32,000 nt of DNA from Deinococcus radiodurans R1 = ATCC 13939 = DSM 20539 (GTDB lineage Bacteria; Deinococcota; Deinococci; Deinococcales; Deinococcaceae): contig NC_001263.1 in NCBI RefSeq assembly GCF_000008565.1, forward strand, positions 2,616,413 through 2,648,412, given 5' to 3'. A program made the translations under genes and the position numbers. This document shows positions 15,402 to 24,701 of this stretch, in pieces (the first letter of the stretch is position 1; every line of letters begins with the position of its first letter). The notes below the pieces were generated by a model, which saw only the letters and a program-made list of their open reading frames with translations, did no database searches and was not told where the DNA came from.

Positions 15402-15445
15402 AAGGAAGAGGGAGGCTTGCGGGCCTCCCCTTCCTTTTGTTTTTT
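15402..15445 (+). terminator. Intrinsic terminator of the cox operon
   Basis: A 14-bp stem (one bulge) pairs aaggaagagggaggc with gcctccccttcctt around a 6-nt loop. It is followed by TTGTTTTTT. Confidence 0.8.
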
Positions 15446-15461
15446 CTTGTCGCTCTGGCGG

Positions 15462-16448
15462 TTACGGCTCCCCGGCTTCCGTCTCCCCTTTCGCCTCACG
15501 GCCCATCAGGTGACGCACGCCTTCTGCGGGGGACCACTCGCCGCGCGTGACCTGCGCCACCGCCCGCACGATAGGCAGGTCGTGGCCGTGGGCAGCGGCC
15601 CAGGCGTCGAGCAGGCCAGCGGTACGCAGGCCCTCGACCACCTTGCCGCCTTGCTGCGGGCTCTCGCCCCGGGCAATCGCCTCGCCCGCTGCCCGGTTGC
15701 GGCTGTGGGGGCTGGTGGCGGTGGCGATCAGGTCGCCCAGCCCGCTCAGGCCGTAGACCGTTTCCTCCTCGGCGCCGAGTGAACGCAGGTAGCGGTTCAT
15801 TTCACGCAGGCCACGGGTCAGGAGGGTCGCCTTGGCATTGTCGCCGAGGTGCAGACCGTCGCCCATGCCGGCAGCCACCGCGATCACGTTTTTCAGGACG
15901 CCGCCGAGTTCCACGCCGGGCACGTCACGGCTGGTGTAGACCCGCAGGCTGGGCGACATCAGCGCGGTCTGCACGGCGGCGGCAAGGGCCGGGTCGCGGC
16001 TGGCGACCACCGTGGCGGCGGGCAGGCCCCGGCCTATTTCCTCGGCGTGGTTGGGGCCGCTCAGGACCGCCACCCGGTCAAAGCCGAGCCCCGCCGCGTA
16101 CTCGCTCAGGCGGCTGCCGTCGGGCGCGAGACCCTTGGCGCACAGCACCACGCCCAGTTCGCGCGGCAGCCCGGCCAGCAGTTCGGGCACGCCCACACTT
16201 GGTACAACCAGCAGGGCGAAGTCGGCGCCGGCCACCGCGCCGGGCAGGTCAGACGTGACCGCTACCTCGGGGGGCAGCAGCACGCCCGGCAGGTACTCGC
16301 GGTTCTCGCGCACCTCGGCCAGCCGGGCGGCAAAGTCGGGACGCCGAGCCCAGAGCCGCGCCGGTTGTCCGGCCCGTGCGGCGGCCACCGCGAGCGCCGT
16401 GCCCCAGCCGCCAGCGCCCAGCACAGGCAAAGCAGAGCCCTGCGTCAT
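15462..16448 (-). CDS. gpsA: NAD(P)H-dependent glycerol-3-phosphate dehydrogenase
   Basis: This is a 328-aa ORF. The N-terminal [10 protein letters not shown] Rossmann motif and the GpsA core ([16 protein letters not shown]) support the call. It has an ATGA overlap with the upstream methyltransferase. Confidence 0.9.
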   Translation of the reverse strand: MTQGSALPVLGAGGWGTALAVAAARAGQPARLWARRPDFAARLAEVRENREYLPGVLLPPEVAVTSDLPGAVAGADFALLVVPSVGVPELLAGLPRELGVVLCAKGLAPDGSRLSEYAAGLGFDRVAVLSGPNHAEEIGRGLPAATVVASRDPALAAAVQTALMSPSLRVYTSRDVPGVELGGVLKNVIAVAAGMGDGLHLGDNAKATLLTRGLREMNRYLRSLGAEEETVYGLSGLGDLIATATSPHSRNRAAGEAIARGESPQQGGKVVEGLRTAGLLDAWAAAHGHDLPIVRAVAQVTRGEWSPAEGVRHLMGREAKGETEAGEP

Positions 16449-17206
16449 GCTTCGCCCATCCAGGCAAAGACCCAGATGCGCGGGGTGCGGTCATCCGGGT
16501 CGGCGTAGTCGGGGTACTCCACGATGTCCCAGCGGGCAAATCCGGCCCCGCGCAGCAGCGGCTCCAGCTCGGCGGGGTCGTAGCCGCGCTCGCGGTGGGT
16601 CTCCACGAATTCCTGCACCTCGCCGCCTTCGCCCATCACCCGGCAAAACGCCTGCACGACGCCCAGTTCTTCCTCGGCGTCGTAGTGGTGTGACCAGTGG
16701 TAATGGATTTCCTCGCCCGCCTCGCTGCGGGCCAGCCCCTCGATGGCGTCGCCTTCCCACAGCTCACGGACGCCCAGTCGGGTGTTGAGGTCGCAGGCGA
16801 ACAGCCCGCCCGGCGCGGTGTGGGCCGCCGCCTGGCGCAGCGCCGCGCCGAGGTCGGCGGGGGCCAGCAGGTTGTTGAGGCTGTCGAAGACGCAGGTGAC
16901 GAGGTCGAACGTCTCGCCGAGGTCGAAGGTTCGCAGGTCGCCCTGTTCGAAGCTCACCCAGGGCAGCCGCTCGCGGGCGACGCTGAGCATCTCGGCGCTG
17001 CCGTCCACCCCGACCACTGCCATCCCAGCCGCCTGCAACTGCCGGGTCATGCCCCCGGTGCCGCAGGCGAGGTCGAGGGCGCGGCGCGGGGTGAGGCCGC
17101 CGTCACGGGCATAGGTCAGGATGAAATCCGCCCAGTGGTCGTACTCCACGTCGGCCATAATCGCGTCGTACACGGCGGCCAGGGCCGTAAAAGGGGGGCG
17201 CTGCAT
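16445..17206 (-). CDS. Class I SAM-dependent methyltransferase
   Basis: This is a 253-aa ORF. SAM-binding motif I ([12 protein letters not shown]) is present, followed by [11 protein letters not shown]. Confidence 0.8.
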   Translation of the reverse strand: MQRPPFTALAAVYDAIMADVEYDHWADFILTYARDGGLTPRRALDLACGTGGMTRQLQAAGMAVVGVDGSAEMLSVARERLPWVSFEQGDLRTFDLGETFDLVTCVFDSLNNLLAPADLGAALRQAAAHTAPGGLFACDLNTRLGVRELWEGDAIEGLARSEAGEEIHYHWSHHYDAEEELGVVQAFCRVMGEGGEVQEFVETHRERGYDPAELEPLLRGAGFARWDIVEYPDYADPDDRTPRIWVFAWMGEA

Positions 17207-17212
17207 GGCGTC

Positions 17213-17240
17213 ACTATAGGCGCCGGGGCACAGGTCTCAA
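17213..17240 (-). promoter_or_regulatory. Sigma70-type promoter TTGAGA-16-TATAGT, 6 nt upstream of the methyltransferase ATG (leaderless)
   Basis: On the minus strand, TTGAGA is at 17240..17235 and TATAGT at 17218..17213. The 6-nt spacer is followed by ATG at 17206. Confidence 0.5.
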
Positions 17241-17249
17241 TCCCAGGAC

Positions 17250-18248
17250 TCAGGCCGGGCGCAGTTCGCCGCTCCGCAGCTGCCGTTCGATTTCGGCCAC
17301 CGCGTGGTCGGCATGAAAGCGGCCATTTTCGATAAAGACCTGATTGGTCTTGCCGGCAAAGCCCGCGCTGCCCACCACGAAGAGGCCGGGCACGCTGCTC
17401 TCGTAGTTCTCGGTCAGCACCAGGCACTCGTCAGGCTGCGTGGCGAGGTTCAGCCCGTCCAGGAACGACAGGTCGGGGCGGTAGCCGGTCAGCGCGAAGG
17501 TGAAGTCGGTGGGCAGCTCGAAGGTGCGGCCGTCCTCGCCCTGCACGACCACGTGCTCGGGGTGAATCTCGACCACCCGCGAGTTGAAGTGGGCATGGAT
17601 GCTGCCTTCCTTGATGCGGTTTTCGAGGTCGGGCCGCACCCAGTACTTGATGGTGCTCTTGAGTTCGGGAGCGCGGACCACCATGGTCACGTTCACGCCG
17701 CTGCGCCACAGGTCGAGCGCGGCGTCGGCGGCCGAGTTGCCCGCGCCGATGACGGTCACGTTCAGGCCCATGAAGGGGTGGGCCTCGGTGTAGTAGTGGC
17801 TGACGTTTTCGCTGTCCTCACCGGGAATGCCCATACTCAGCGGGTTGTCGTAGTAGCCGGTCGCCACCACCACGCGCCGCGCTTCCACCACGCCGGGCGT
17901 ACCGTCCTGCGCCTCGATTTCGAGGGTGAAGCCCGCCGGGGCCGCGTGCACCTTATTCACGGTGGTGTACTGCCGCACGTTCAGGTTCTCACGCTGCGTG
18001 ACGAGGCGGTAGTACATCAGCGCGTCACGGCGGTCGGGCTTGTCGTGCCCGGTCACGAAGGGGTGGTTGCCGATTTCGAGTTCGGGAGCAGTGGTAAAAA
18101 AGCCCATGTAGGTGGGGTACTCAAAAATCGCGTTGACCACGCAGCCCTTTTCCAGCACCACGTAACTCAGGCCCGCGCGCTTGCATCCGATGGCGGCGGC
18201 CAGACCCACCGGCCCGGCTCCGACGATTGCCACGTCATAAAGACTCAT
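17250..18248 (-). CDS. YpdA-family FAD-dependent pyridine nucleotide-disulfide oxidoreductase (putative bacillithiol disulfide reductase)
   Basis: This is a 332-aa [41 protein letters not shown] and FIENGRFH closely parallel my recollection of B. subtilis YpdA. Confidence 0.85.
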   Translation of the reverse strand: MSLYDVAIVGAGPVGLAAAIGCKRAGLSYVVLEKGCVVNAIFEYPTYMGFFTTAPELEIGNHPFVTGHDKPDRRDALMYYRLVTQRENLNVRQYTTVNKVHAAPAGFTLEIEAQDGTPGVVEARRVVVATGYYDNPLSMGIPGEDSENVSHYYTEAHPFMGLNVTVIGAGNSAADAALDLWRSGVNVTMVVRAPELKSTIKYWVRPDLENRIKEGSIHAHFNSRVVEIHPEHVVVQGEDGRTFELPTDFTFALTGYRPDLSFLDGLNLATQPDECLVLTENYESSVPGLFVVGSAGFAGKTNQVFIENGRFHADHAVAEIERQLRSGELRPA

Positions 18249-18314
18249 GGCCCTATTGTGTCAGCCTGCGCCCCGGTGCACCGTGACCCGCCTGCCCCTG
18301 CTAGTTTGAGAGCC

Positions 18315-18827
18315 ATGCCGGGTGCGCGTTGGTTGTCGGGAGTGGTGCTGGGTGGGCTGTCGCTGGGCCTGATGGCCTGTGGCCCCAAAGACATCGAGGG
18401 GCTGCGAACCGCTGACTATCTCGGCGGAGACCAGCGCAGCGGCGTGCTGACCTACAGAGAGACCCCGCCGATGGGCGGCCCCTACAACCCGCTGTGGCAG
18501 ACCTGCGCCGCCTACGCCCAGCCGGTCTACAACGAGTACGCCGTCCACAGCCTTGCGCGGGGCGCGGTGTGGGTGACTTACCGCCCTGGCCTGGACGCCG
18601 CCGAGCTGGACAAGCTAAAGGCCCTGCTCGCCGGGCAGCCTGCCGCGCTGCTCAGCCCGTATCCCAACCTGCCCGCGCCCGTCGTGATGACGGCCTGGAA
18701 TCGCCAGCTCAGCGCCCAGACCGCCGACGACCCCCGCCTGACCCGCTTCCTCAAAGAAATCTTGCCCGAGAACAGTGCCCCAGAGAAGGGCAGCCCGTGC
18801 GCCAGGGGTTTCGGCGGCACCCGCTAG
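18315..18827 (+). CDS. DUF3105 domain lipoprotein
   Basis: The start is at ATG 18315, inside track ORF 17304..18827. Signal/lipobox LGLMAC is present. [23 protein letters not shown] and VMTAWN are DUF3105-like. A TAGTTT -10 box (18302..18307) lies 7 nt upstream. Confidence 0.7.
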   Translation: MPGARWLSGVVLGGLSLGLMACGPKDIEGLRTADYLGGDQRSGVLTYRETPPMGGPYNPLWQTCAAYAQPVYNEYAVHSLARGAVWVTYRPGLDAAELDKLKALLAGQPAALLSPYPNLPAPVVMTAWNRQLSAQTADDPRLTRFLKEILPENSAPEKGSPCARGFGGTR

Positions 18828-18899
18828 CCTGCATAGCCTTGACGGGGGCTGCATAGGCCGCTATATTGTTCAGCATCACCGCCCAAGAGGCGGTTTTTT
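18828..18899 (+). repeat. Intergenic ~72-nt repeat, copy A, containing a terminator hairpin
   Basis: It is ~92% identical to the reverse complement of 21856..21928, including an uninterrupted 36-nt identical run (18858..18893). The hairpin accgcc/ggcggt (18878..18894) is followed by T6. Confidence 0.85.
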
Positions 18900-20125
18900 C
18901 ATGCCATCTTCCCGAGTTCCTCGGCAATTTGCGGCAGCGCACCGGCCTGACCGATACGCCGCTGGCCGTCGCGCACCGCCGTCGTGCGCTGAGGGCCACC
19001 GAGCAGCTCACGCACTGCCTGAGCGGCGGCGGACGCCTCCGGGCGGGTCAACGTGAGCGCCGCGCCGAGGAGCCGCTGCTGCCGCACCGCGAAGCCGGGG
19101 ACATACTGCGGTCCGGCGGTGGGAAACCCGACCACCGGCACGCCCAGACCCGCCGCCTGCTCGTTGGCGGTGCCCGCCGTGCCGAGCGCCACCCCGCCCG
19201 AGGCAGCCGCTGCGTGAAGAATCGTAGAGAAGCTTGCGCGCAGAAGCCACACACTGCACGTGCCCCGGCGGGCGAGCACGCCCCACTCGCCGCGCTCCTC
19301 AAGCGTCCAACCGAGCAGCGGCGGCAGTTCGTCAAAGGGCCGGGGCCAGGCCACCAGCGCCTGCATGTCCGGCAGGGCGCAGGCGGCGCCGAGCATGACG
19401 GGCAGCGAGGTCTGGGCGTCGCCGCGCTGCCCCGGTAGCAGCGCCAGCACCGGCACGCCCGTCAGCAGCGGCGCCAGGTCACGCTCAGGAGCCGGCAGGA
19501 TGTCGAGCGCGAAGCTGCCCCGGTAGGCGGCATTGACCCCCCGGCGGGCCAGATGACGGGCCGAGGCCGCGTCGCGCGTGTACACCCGCCAGGCGCGGCG
19601 GCCCAGCGCAAGCTCCCAGGGCATAAAGACGTTGGCGCCCAGCGCATTGAGTTCACGCAGGTGCCCGCCCAGCGTCATGCCCTCGCCGTAGAGGACCGAC
19701 ACCAGCGGCTGCACATGCACCAGCGGCAGACGCGGGCGGGCCAGTGCCCCCGGAATCTGCCGGGCCGCCAGCGTGCCCACCCCCAGCGCGTAGGTGTCGC
19801 CCACCACGACCACCCGCTCCAGCGCGGGCCCCTGGGTGCGGGCGGCCAGCCACTGCCCCAGTGACTTTTGCACCAGTCCGGCGCGCAGGTCGGCCCGCAG
19901 GTTGTCCAGGCTGCCGAAGGGAAACCCGCCCGAGGGCATGTCGAGCAGTGGCCCAGCAGTTTCCGCGAGCCCGGCATAGGCCCCGCCCGCCCCTACGAGC
20001 GGCAGCGCGAGGAGTGGCTGGTCTGGGCGGCGCCGACGCAGCTCACGGGCCAGCGCTGCCCCGATCAGGTCTTCGGCATGGCCGTTGGACACGAGCAGGG
20101 TAGCGGGCGCAACAGTCAGCGGCAT
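18899..20125 (-). CDS. Lipid-A-disaccharide synthase-related glycosyltransferase (LpxB-like family)
   Basis: The start is placed at ATG 20125 (MPLTVAPATLLVSNGHAEDLIG...), giving 408 aa. The family assignment (LpxB-related, TIGR03492-like) is from memory of this N-terminal pattern. A TACTCT -10 box (20138..20133) lies 7 nt upstream. Confidence 0.7.
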   Translation of the reverse strand: MPLTVAPATLLVSNGHAEDLIGAALARELRRRRPDQPLLALPLVGAGGAYAGLAETAGPLLDMPSGGFPFGSLDNLRADLRAGLVQKSLGQWLAARTQGPALERVVVVGDTYALGVGTLAARQIPGALARPRLPLVHVQPLVSVLYGEGMTLGGHLRELNALGANVFMPWELALGRRAWRVYTRDAASARHLARRGVNAAYRGSFALDILPAPERDLAPLLTGVPVLALLPGQRGDAQTSLPVMLGAACALPDMQALVAWPRPFDELPPLLGWTLEERGEWGVLARRGTCSVWLLRASFSTILHAAAASGGVALGTAGTANEQAAGLGVPVVGFPTAGPQYVPGFAVRQQRLLGAALTLTRPEASAAAQAVRELLGGPQRTTAVRDGQRRIGQAGALPQIAEELGKMA

Positions 20126-20216
20126 GACGGCCAGAGTAGCGTCTGGGGCGTCAAGAGCCGCCTGGCGCGTCTCCGCTTTCCCGGGAGACCCGGCAGGCGG
20201 CTCTGGGGAGAGTCCT

Positions 20217-21839
20217 ATGAACAGAGCCGTTACCCTGCTCGCTGCCCTGAGTTTGTCCGCCTCGCTGGGGCCTTCAGCCCTGGCGCAGAGCGCACCCGTT
20301 TCGACGTCTGCTACTCCTGCGTCTACTGCGGCCCCGGCTGCTCCCGCCCGCGTGCAGGCCCCCGCCGGCACCTTCGTGGGCCAGGACCGGGCCGGCGTGC
20401 GCTCCTGGCTGGGGATTCCCTACGCCCAGCCGCCCGTCGGCGACGCCCGCTGGCAGCCGCCCCGCGCCCTGCCCGCATCCCAGGCCGAGCGCACGACCAC
20501 CCAGCCCGGCGCGGCGTGCGTGCAAACGCTCAGCGTGCCGGGGATGGACAAACAGGTGCGCGGCGCCGAGGACTGCCTGTTTCTGAATGTCTACGCCCCT
20601 ACCAACGCGCAAAAAGCCCCGGTGATGGTCTGGATTCACGGCGGCAGCTTTCAGATGGGCGCGGGCAGCGACTACGACCTGAGCGTGCTCGCGCGTGAAC
20701 AGGGTGTGGTGGCGGTCAGCCTGAACTACCGCCTGGGGGCGCTCGGTTTCCTGGCGACCCCGGCGCTCGACACCGCGCAGGGCACGGCGGGCAATCTGGG
20801 CCTGCTCGACCAGCAGCTCGCGCTAAAGTGGGTGCGGGACAACATCGCCGCGTTCGGGGGCGACGCACAGAACGTGACCGTGTTCGGCGAATCGGCTGGC
20901 GGCATGAGCATCTGCGCCCAGCTCGCCTCCCCCGGCGCGGCGGGCCTGTTCGACAAAGCCATCATCCAGAGCGGCCCGTGCACGGCCCCCGGCATCATGC
21001 AGAGCCGCGCCGAGGCGTACAACCTGGGCTCGCGGTTTGCAGCAGCCGTGGGCTGTGACCCCGCCGACGCCGCCTGCCTGCGCGCCGTGCCCGCCGACAA
21101 GCTGGTGCTGACCCGCTCGCCGAACGCCGCTTTTCCGGGTGCCGTGCCGTTTCCGCCGGTCTACGGCGACAGCACCGTGCCCCGCGCGCCCGCCGAGGTG
21201 CTGCGTCAGGGCCAGAACGCCGTGCCGCTGCTCATCGGCACCAACCTGAACGAAGGCACCCTCTTCGCCGCCTTCGTGGGCGACCCCCGGCGCGACCTTA
21301 ACGCCGCCGAGTTCCTGGGCCTGAACGCCGTGCTCAACGGGCCCAACGCCCCGCGTGCCCTGCTCGCCTACAACAGCCGCACCTCCGGCACCCGTACCCA
21401 GGCCGCCGCCGCGAGTGCCACCGACAGCCTCTTTGCCTGCCCCAGCAGCAACCTCGCCCGCGACATCAGCCGCTTTACGCCGGTCTATAGCTACGAATTC
21501 CGCGACCCCAACCCGCCCCGCCCTGCGCAGTTGCGGCCCACGGTGGGTGTGCCGTCGTTCGGCGCCTTCCACGGCTCGGAAATCGTGAGCGTGACGGGCA
21601 CCCCGTCCGGCCTGGGCAACCCCAGCGACTTCACGCCCGCTCAGGCTGAGCTGTCGCGCACCATGCAGACCTACTGGGCCAATTTCGCCCGCACCGGCAA
21701 CCCCAACGGCGCCGGCTTGCCGCAGTGGGCTGCCTTCACCACCGAGCAGCCCCAGGTGCTAGGCCTGGCCCCCGGCGAGGTGACCCCCGTGCAGGACTTC
21801 CGCGCCGAGCACCACTGCGACACCATCTGGCGGCCCTGA
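20217..21839 (+). CDS. Secreted type-B carboxylesterase/lipase
   Basis: ATG 20217 lies 6 nt after GGGGAG. Signal peptide MNRAVTLLAALSLSASLGPSALA is present. EDCLFLNVY, VWIHGGSF and the nucleophile elbow FGESAGG support the call. Confidence 0.85.
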   Translation: MNRAVTLLAALSLSASLGPSALAQSAPVSTSATPASTAAPAAPARVQAPAGTFVGQDRAGVRSWLGIPYAQPPVGDARWQPPRALPASQAERTTTQPGAACVQTLSVPGMDKQVRGAEDCLFLNVYAPTNAQKAPVMVWIHGGSFQMGAGSDYDLSVLAREQGVVAVSLNYRLGALGFLATPALDTAQGTAGNLGLLDQQLALKWVRDNIAAFGGDAQNVTVFGESAGGMSICAQLASPGAAGLFDKAIIQSGPCTAPGIMQSRAEAYNLGSRFAAAVGCDPADAACLRAVPADKLVLTRSPNAAFPGAVPFPPVYGDSTVPRAPAEVLRQGQNAVPLLIGTNLNEGTLFAAFVGDPRRDLNAAEFLGLNAVLNGPNAPRALLAYNSRTSGTRTQAAAASATDSLFACPSSNLARDISRFTPVYSYEFRDPNPPRPAQLRPTVGVPSFGAFHGSEIVSVTGTPSGLGNPSDFTPAQAELSRTMQTYWANFARTGNPNGAGLPQWAAFTTEQPQVLGLAPGEVTPVQDFRAEHHCDTIWRP

Positions 21840-21855
21840 GCCGTGAGCAGGCAAT

Positions 21856-21928
21856 AAAAAAGCCGCCTCTTGGGCGGTGATGCTGAACAATATAGCGGAC
21901 TATGCAGCCTTCGTCAAGGCTATTCACG
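21856..21928 (-). repeat. Intergenic ~72-nt repeat, copy B (inverted relative to copy A)
   Basis: Its reverse complement, cgtgaatagccttgacgaaggctgcatagtccgctatattgttcagcatcaccgcccaagaggcggctttttt, aligns with copy A with 5 substitutions and 1 indel. Confidence 0.85.
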
Positions 21929-21963
21929 AAGCCGCCGCTTCCCTGACCGGAGGCGGCGGCTTT
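21929..21963 (+). terminator. Perfect 10-bp GC hairpin downstream of the esterase gene (possible terminator, short U-tract)
   Basis: aagccgccgc (21929..21938) pairs with gcggcggctt (21953..21962) around a 14-nt loop. Only TTT follows. Confidence 0.4.
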
Positions 21964-22085
21964 GCCTTGCAAATTTGAGTGGGATTGAAGAGGCTAGCCC
22001 TTCTCAAACCTTCCCCCTTGCTGAGAAGCAAAGCGGGCAAGCTCACAGCAGTAACGGCGCGGGCAAGAGACAGGGTAAAGAGAGA

Positions 22086-22160
22086 AATAAAAAATCCGCC
22101 CTTCTCGGACGGTGATAAAAATAGAATAAGGCGATATGCGGGTTTTGTCAAACTTATGCG
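22086..22160 (-). repeat. Diverged, AT-richer member of the same repeat family (copy C), same orientation as copy B
   Basis: aataaaaaatccgcccttctcggacggtgat...gcgatatgcgggttttgtcaaacttatgcgg shares its layout with copy B: an A-run, a hairpin, ggtgat, tatgc.g and gtcaa. Identity is roughly two-thirds by eye. Confidence 0.4.
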
Positions 22161-22269
22161 GATGTGCCGGTTTTTGCCGTGTAGGACGCTTCAAAATCTG
22201 AGAAACTCGAACCTTATGCAAAGAAGAACCGCCCCCCAGACTGGGAAGCGGCGCTTCTGTGCGCTCGGC

Positions 22270-23664
22270 TCAGTTGTGAGTCATGCCCAGCGGCACGACC
22301 CACTGGGCGAATTCGTCCTCGGTCACGTAGCCCAGGGCCAGCGCGGCGTCCTTGAGGCTGGTGCCTTCCTTGTGGGCCTTCTTGGCAATCGCGGCAGCCT
22401 TGTCGTAGCCGATGTGGCGATTGAGGGCGGTCACCTGCATCAGGTTCTTGTCGAGGTTTTCCTTGATCTTGGCCTCGTTGGGCTGGATGCCCACCGCGCA
22501 GTGGTCGTTGAAGGCCAGGCAGGCGTCGGAAATCAGGCGAATGCTTTCCAGCACGGCGTGAACCATCACTGGCTTGAACACGTTCAGCTGGAAGTTGCCC
22601 TGGCTGCCGGCAAAAGCGACGGTGGCGTCGTTGCCGAACACGCGGGTGGCGACCATCGTCATGGCCTCACTCTGGGTGGGGTTCACCTTGCCGGGCATGA
22701 TGCTGGAGCCGGGCTCGTTCTCGGGAATGGTGATTTCGCCGATGCCGTTGCGCGGGCCGCTCGCCAGCCAGCGCACGTCGTTCGCCATCTTCATCAGGGC
22801 GCCGGCCAGGGTACGCAGGGCCGCCGAGGTCTGCACCAGCGCGTCGTGGGCGCTCAGGGCGGCGAACTTGTTCTCGGCGCTGCGGAAGTGGTAGCCGGTT
22901 TCTTCTTCGTACTTCTTGGCGGCCAGATCACCGAATTTGGGGTGCGCGTTCAGGCCGGTGCCCACGGCGGTGCCGCCGATGGCGAGGTCGAGCAGGCCTT
23001 CGCCCGCGTGCTTGACTTCGGACAGCGCGTAGTCGAGTTGCGCCACCCAGCCGCCGATTTCCTGCCCCAGCGTGATGGGCGTGGCGTCTTGCAGGTGGGT
23101 GCGGCCCACTTTCACGAGGTCCTTGTACTGCTCGGCCTTGGCGTGCAGGGTGTCGCGCAGCTTGCCGACCGCGCCGTACAGCCGCTCGTTGAGTTCCAGC
23201 ACCACCGCGATGTGCATGGCAGTGGGGAAGGTGTCGTTGGAGCTCTGGCCGCGGTTCACGTGGTCGTTGGGGTGGACCGGCTTCTTGCTGCCCATTTCGC
23301 CGCCGGCGAGTTCGATGGCGCGGTTGGAAATCACCTCGTTGGCGTTCATGTTGCTCTGGGTGCCCGAGCCGGTCTGGAACACTACCAGCGGAAAGTGTTC
23401 GTCGAGTTTGCCGGCAATCACTTCGTCGGCGGCCTTCACGATGAGGTCGGCCACGTCGGCGGGCAGTTCACCGAGTTCGGCGTTGGCCTGCGCCGCGCCC
23501 TTTTTCAGGATGCCCAGCGCCCGGATGACGGGGCGGCCCCACACGAAGGTGTCGCGCCCAATCGGGAAGTTGTGGATGCTGCGCTCGGTCTGTGCGCCCC
23601 AGTAGCGGCTGGCGTCCACGTCCATCTTGCCCATCGTGTCGGTTTCTTGGCGGGTTTTGGTCAT
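22270..23664 (-). CDS. fumC: Class II fumarate hydratase
   Basis: This is a 464-aa ORF. The [16 protein letters not shown] signature and overall FumC colinearity support the call. Confidence 0.95.
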   Translation of the reverse strand: MTKTRQETDTMGKMDVDASRYWGAQTERSIHNFPIGRDTFVWGRPVIRALGILKKGAAQANAELGELPADVADLIVKAADEVIAGKLDEHFPLVVFQTGSGTQSNMNANEVISNRAIELAGGEMGSKKPVHPNDHVNRGQSSNDTFPTAMHIAVVLELNERLYGAVGKLRDTLHAKAEQYKDLVKVGRTHLQDATPITLGQEIGGWVAQLDYALSEVKHAGEGLLDLAIGGTAVGTGLNAHPKFGDLAAKKYEEETGYHFRSAENKFAALSAHDALVQTSAALRTLAGALMKMANDVRWLASGPRNGIGEITIPENEPGSSIMPGKVNPTQSEAMTMVATRVFGNDATVAFAGSQGNFQLNVFKPVMVHAVLESIRLISDACLAFNDHCAVGIQPNEAKIKENLDKNLMQVTALNRHIGYDKAAAIAKKAHKEGTSLKDAALALGYVTEDEFAQWVVPLGMTHN

Positions 23665-23671
23665 AGCGCTT

Positions 23672-24340
23672 TCAGTTTACGGCGTTTGAAGATTCGACTT
23701 TATGGAGCGCGCGGAGTGCTGCCCCGAGTCGCCAGAACCACAACAGGCCCAGCGTGAGCGTGAGGCCAAGTCCCCAGGTGTCGTTCCCTCCTTGCGGTGG
23801 GTGCCGCAGGGCCAGGCAAAGCAGCATGACCATGCTGCCCCAACCGCTCAGCCCCCACGCCACCAGCACCCGCGCCAGCCCCCCGAGCCGCAGGGCAGCG
23901 ATCAGAAACCAGCGCAGAGTCGGCACGACCAGAACCAGGCCAAGCACGCTCATCAGCGCCACATTCGGTGTAAAAAATTCGCGAAACAGAGAAAACAGCA
24001 TGGGCAAAAGCACCACCACGCCAGAGCGCCCGAACTCACTTTCCTCGAACACCGCCCGCCGCCAGCCTGCCGCGCTGAGGGCGTAGCCGGGATGCAGCAG
24101 CCCCCTATCGGTCACGGTCAGGTGGGCTTTTCTGAAAGCGTCGTTGGCCCGGTGCGGGTCACCCCATTCGCGCAACACGTCTTCGACGCTCTCACCCGCG
24201 TCCACGGCATCGTCCAGATGGGCCAGATGTTCAGCCCTGACCCGCTCGGCGGCTTGCGGCGCGAGGCCATGCGTGGCGATTTCCAGCCAGAGCTTCGGCG
24301 TCAGCGGGGCGCTCCAGTGGGGGTGAATGTTCCAGGCCAT
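23672..24340 (-). CDS. Membrane protein, putative partner or sensor of the upstream PadR regulator (DUF1700/HAAS-like N-terminal helical domain plus ~4 TM)
   Basis: This is a 222-aa ORF. A GGGAGG SD lies 5 nt upstream, and the ATG is 1 nt after the PadR stop. A soluble helical N-terminus ([32 protein letters not shown]) is followed by hydrophobic segments. Confidence 0.65.
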   Translation of the reverse strand: MAWNIHPHWSAPLTPKLWLEIATHGLAPQAAERVRAEHLAHLDDAVDAGESVEDVLREWGDPHRANDAFRKAHLTVTDRGLLHPGYALSAAGWRRAVFEESEFGRSGVVVLLPMLFSLFREFFTPNVALMSVLGLVLVVPTLRWFLIAALRLGGLARVLVAWGLSGWGSMVMLLCLALRHPPQGGNDTWGLGLTLTLGLLWFWRLGAALRALHKVESSNAVN

Positions 24341-24341
24341 C

Positions 24342-24653
24342 TCAACCTCCCCCCACGACCGCGCCCACCGCCTGCGTCTGGCGCTGCCACTCGCCCCGCG
24401 CCCGTGCCAGAGCCGTGCGCCCCGCGTCTGTCAGGCGGTACTCACGGCGGGTGCGGCCCCTGACGTCTACCTCGCTGCTCTCCACCAGACCTTCCTTTTC
24501 CAGCAGGTGCAGCGCGGGGTACAGGCTGCCCTCTTTGGCCGTCAATACCCCTTCAGAGCGGGCTTTAATCGCCTGGGCGATGGCGTAGCCGTGTTCGGGC
24601 TGACGGTCCAGCACCGCCAGAATCAGCAGGCGCAGTTGCTCTTTGGTGTTCAT
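24342..24653 (-). CDS. PadR family transcriptional regulator
   Basis: The start is at ATG 24653, giving 103 aa. LRLLILAVLDRQPEHGYAIAQAIK...GSLYPALHLLEKEGLVES...RREYRLTDAGR is the PadR wHTH signature. Confidence 0.85.
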   Translation of the reverse strand: MNTKEQLRLLILAVLDRQPEHGYAIAQAIKARSEGVLTAKEGSLYPALHLLEKEGLVESSEVDVRGRTRREYRLTDAGRTALARARGEWQRQTQAVGAVVGGG

Positions 24654-24659
24654 GGGGAC

Positions 24660-24701
24660 ACAGTACCTTGAAAGTTTATGTATTGCAATTTGAGGTATTT
24701 C
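24660..24701. promoter_or_regulatory. PadR promoter (TTGCAA-17-TACTGT, leaderless) overlapping a palindromic candidate operator
   Basis: On the minus strand, the -35 box TTGCAA is at 24688..24683 and the -10 box TACTGT at 24665..24660, 6 nt before ATG 24653. The perfect palindrome ATTGCAAT (24682..24689) is flanked symmetrically by GAAA (24670..24673) and TTTC (24698..24701). Confidence 0.45.

Noticed and set aside
18828-21928. Composite transposon or insertion sequence delimited by the inverted repeats.
   Set aside because: There is no transposase, integrase or recombinase ORF inside or adjacent. I could see no target-site duplication. The enclosed genes have typical local composition.
21870-22221. 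Small ORFs in the esterase-fumC spacer (81 aa on the plus strand, two 75-aa on the minus strand).
   Set aside because: They run through repeat copies and hairpins, have low-complexity basic translations, and show no coding-type third-position bias.
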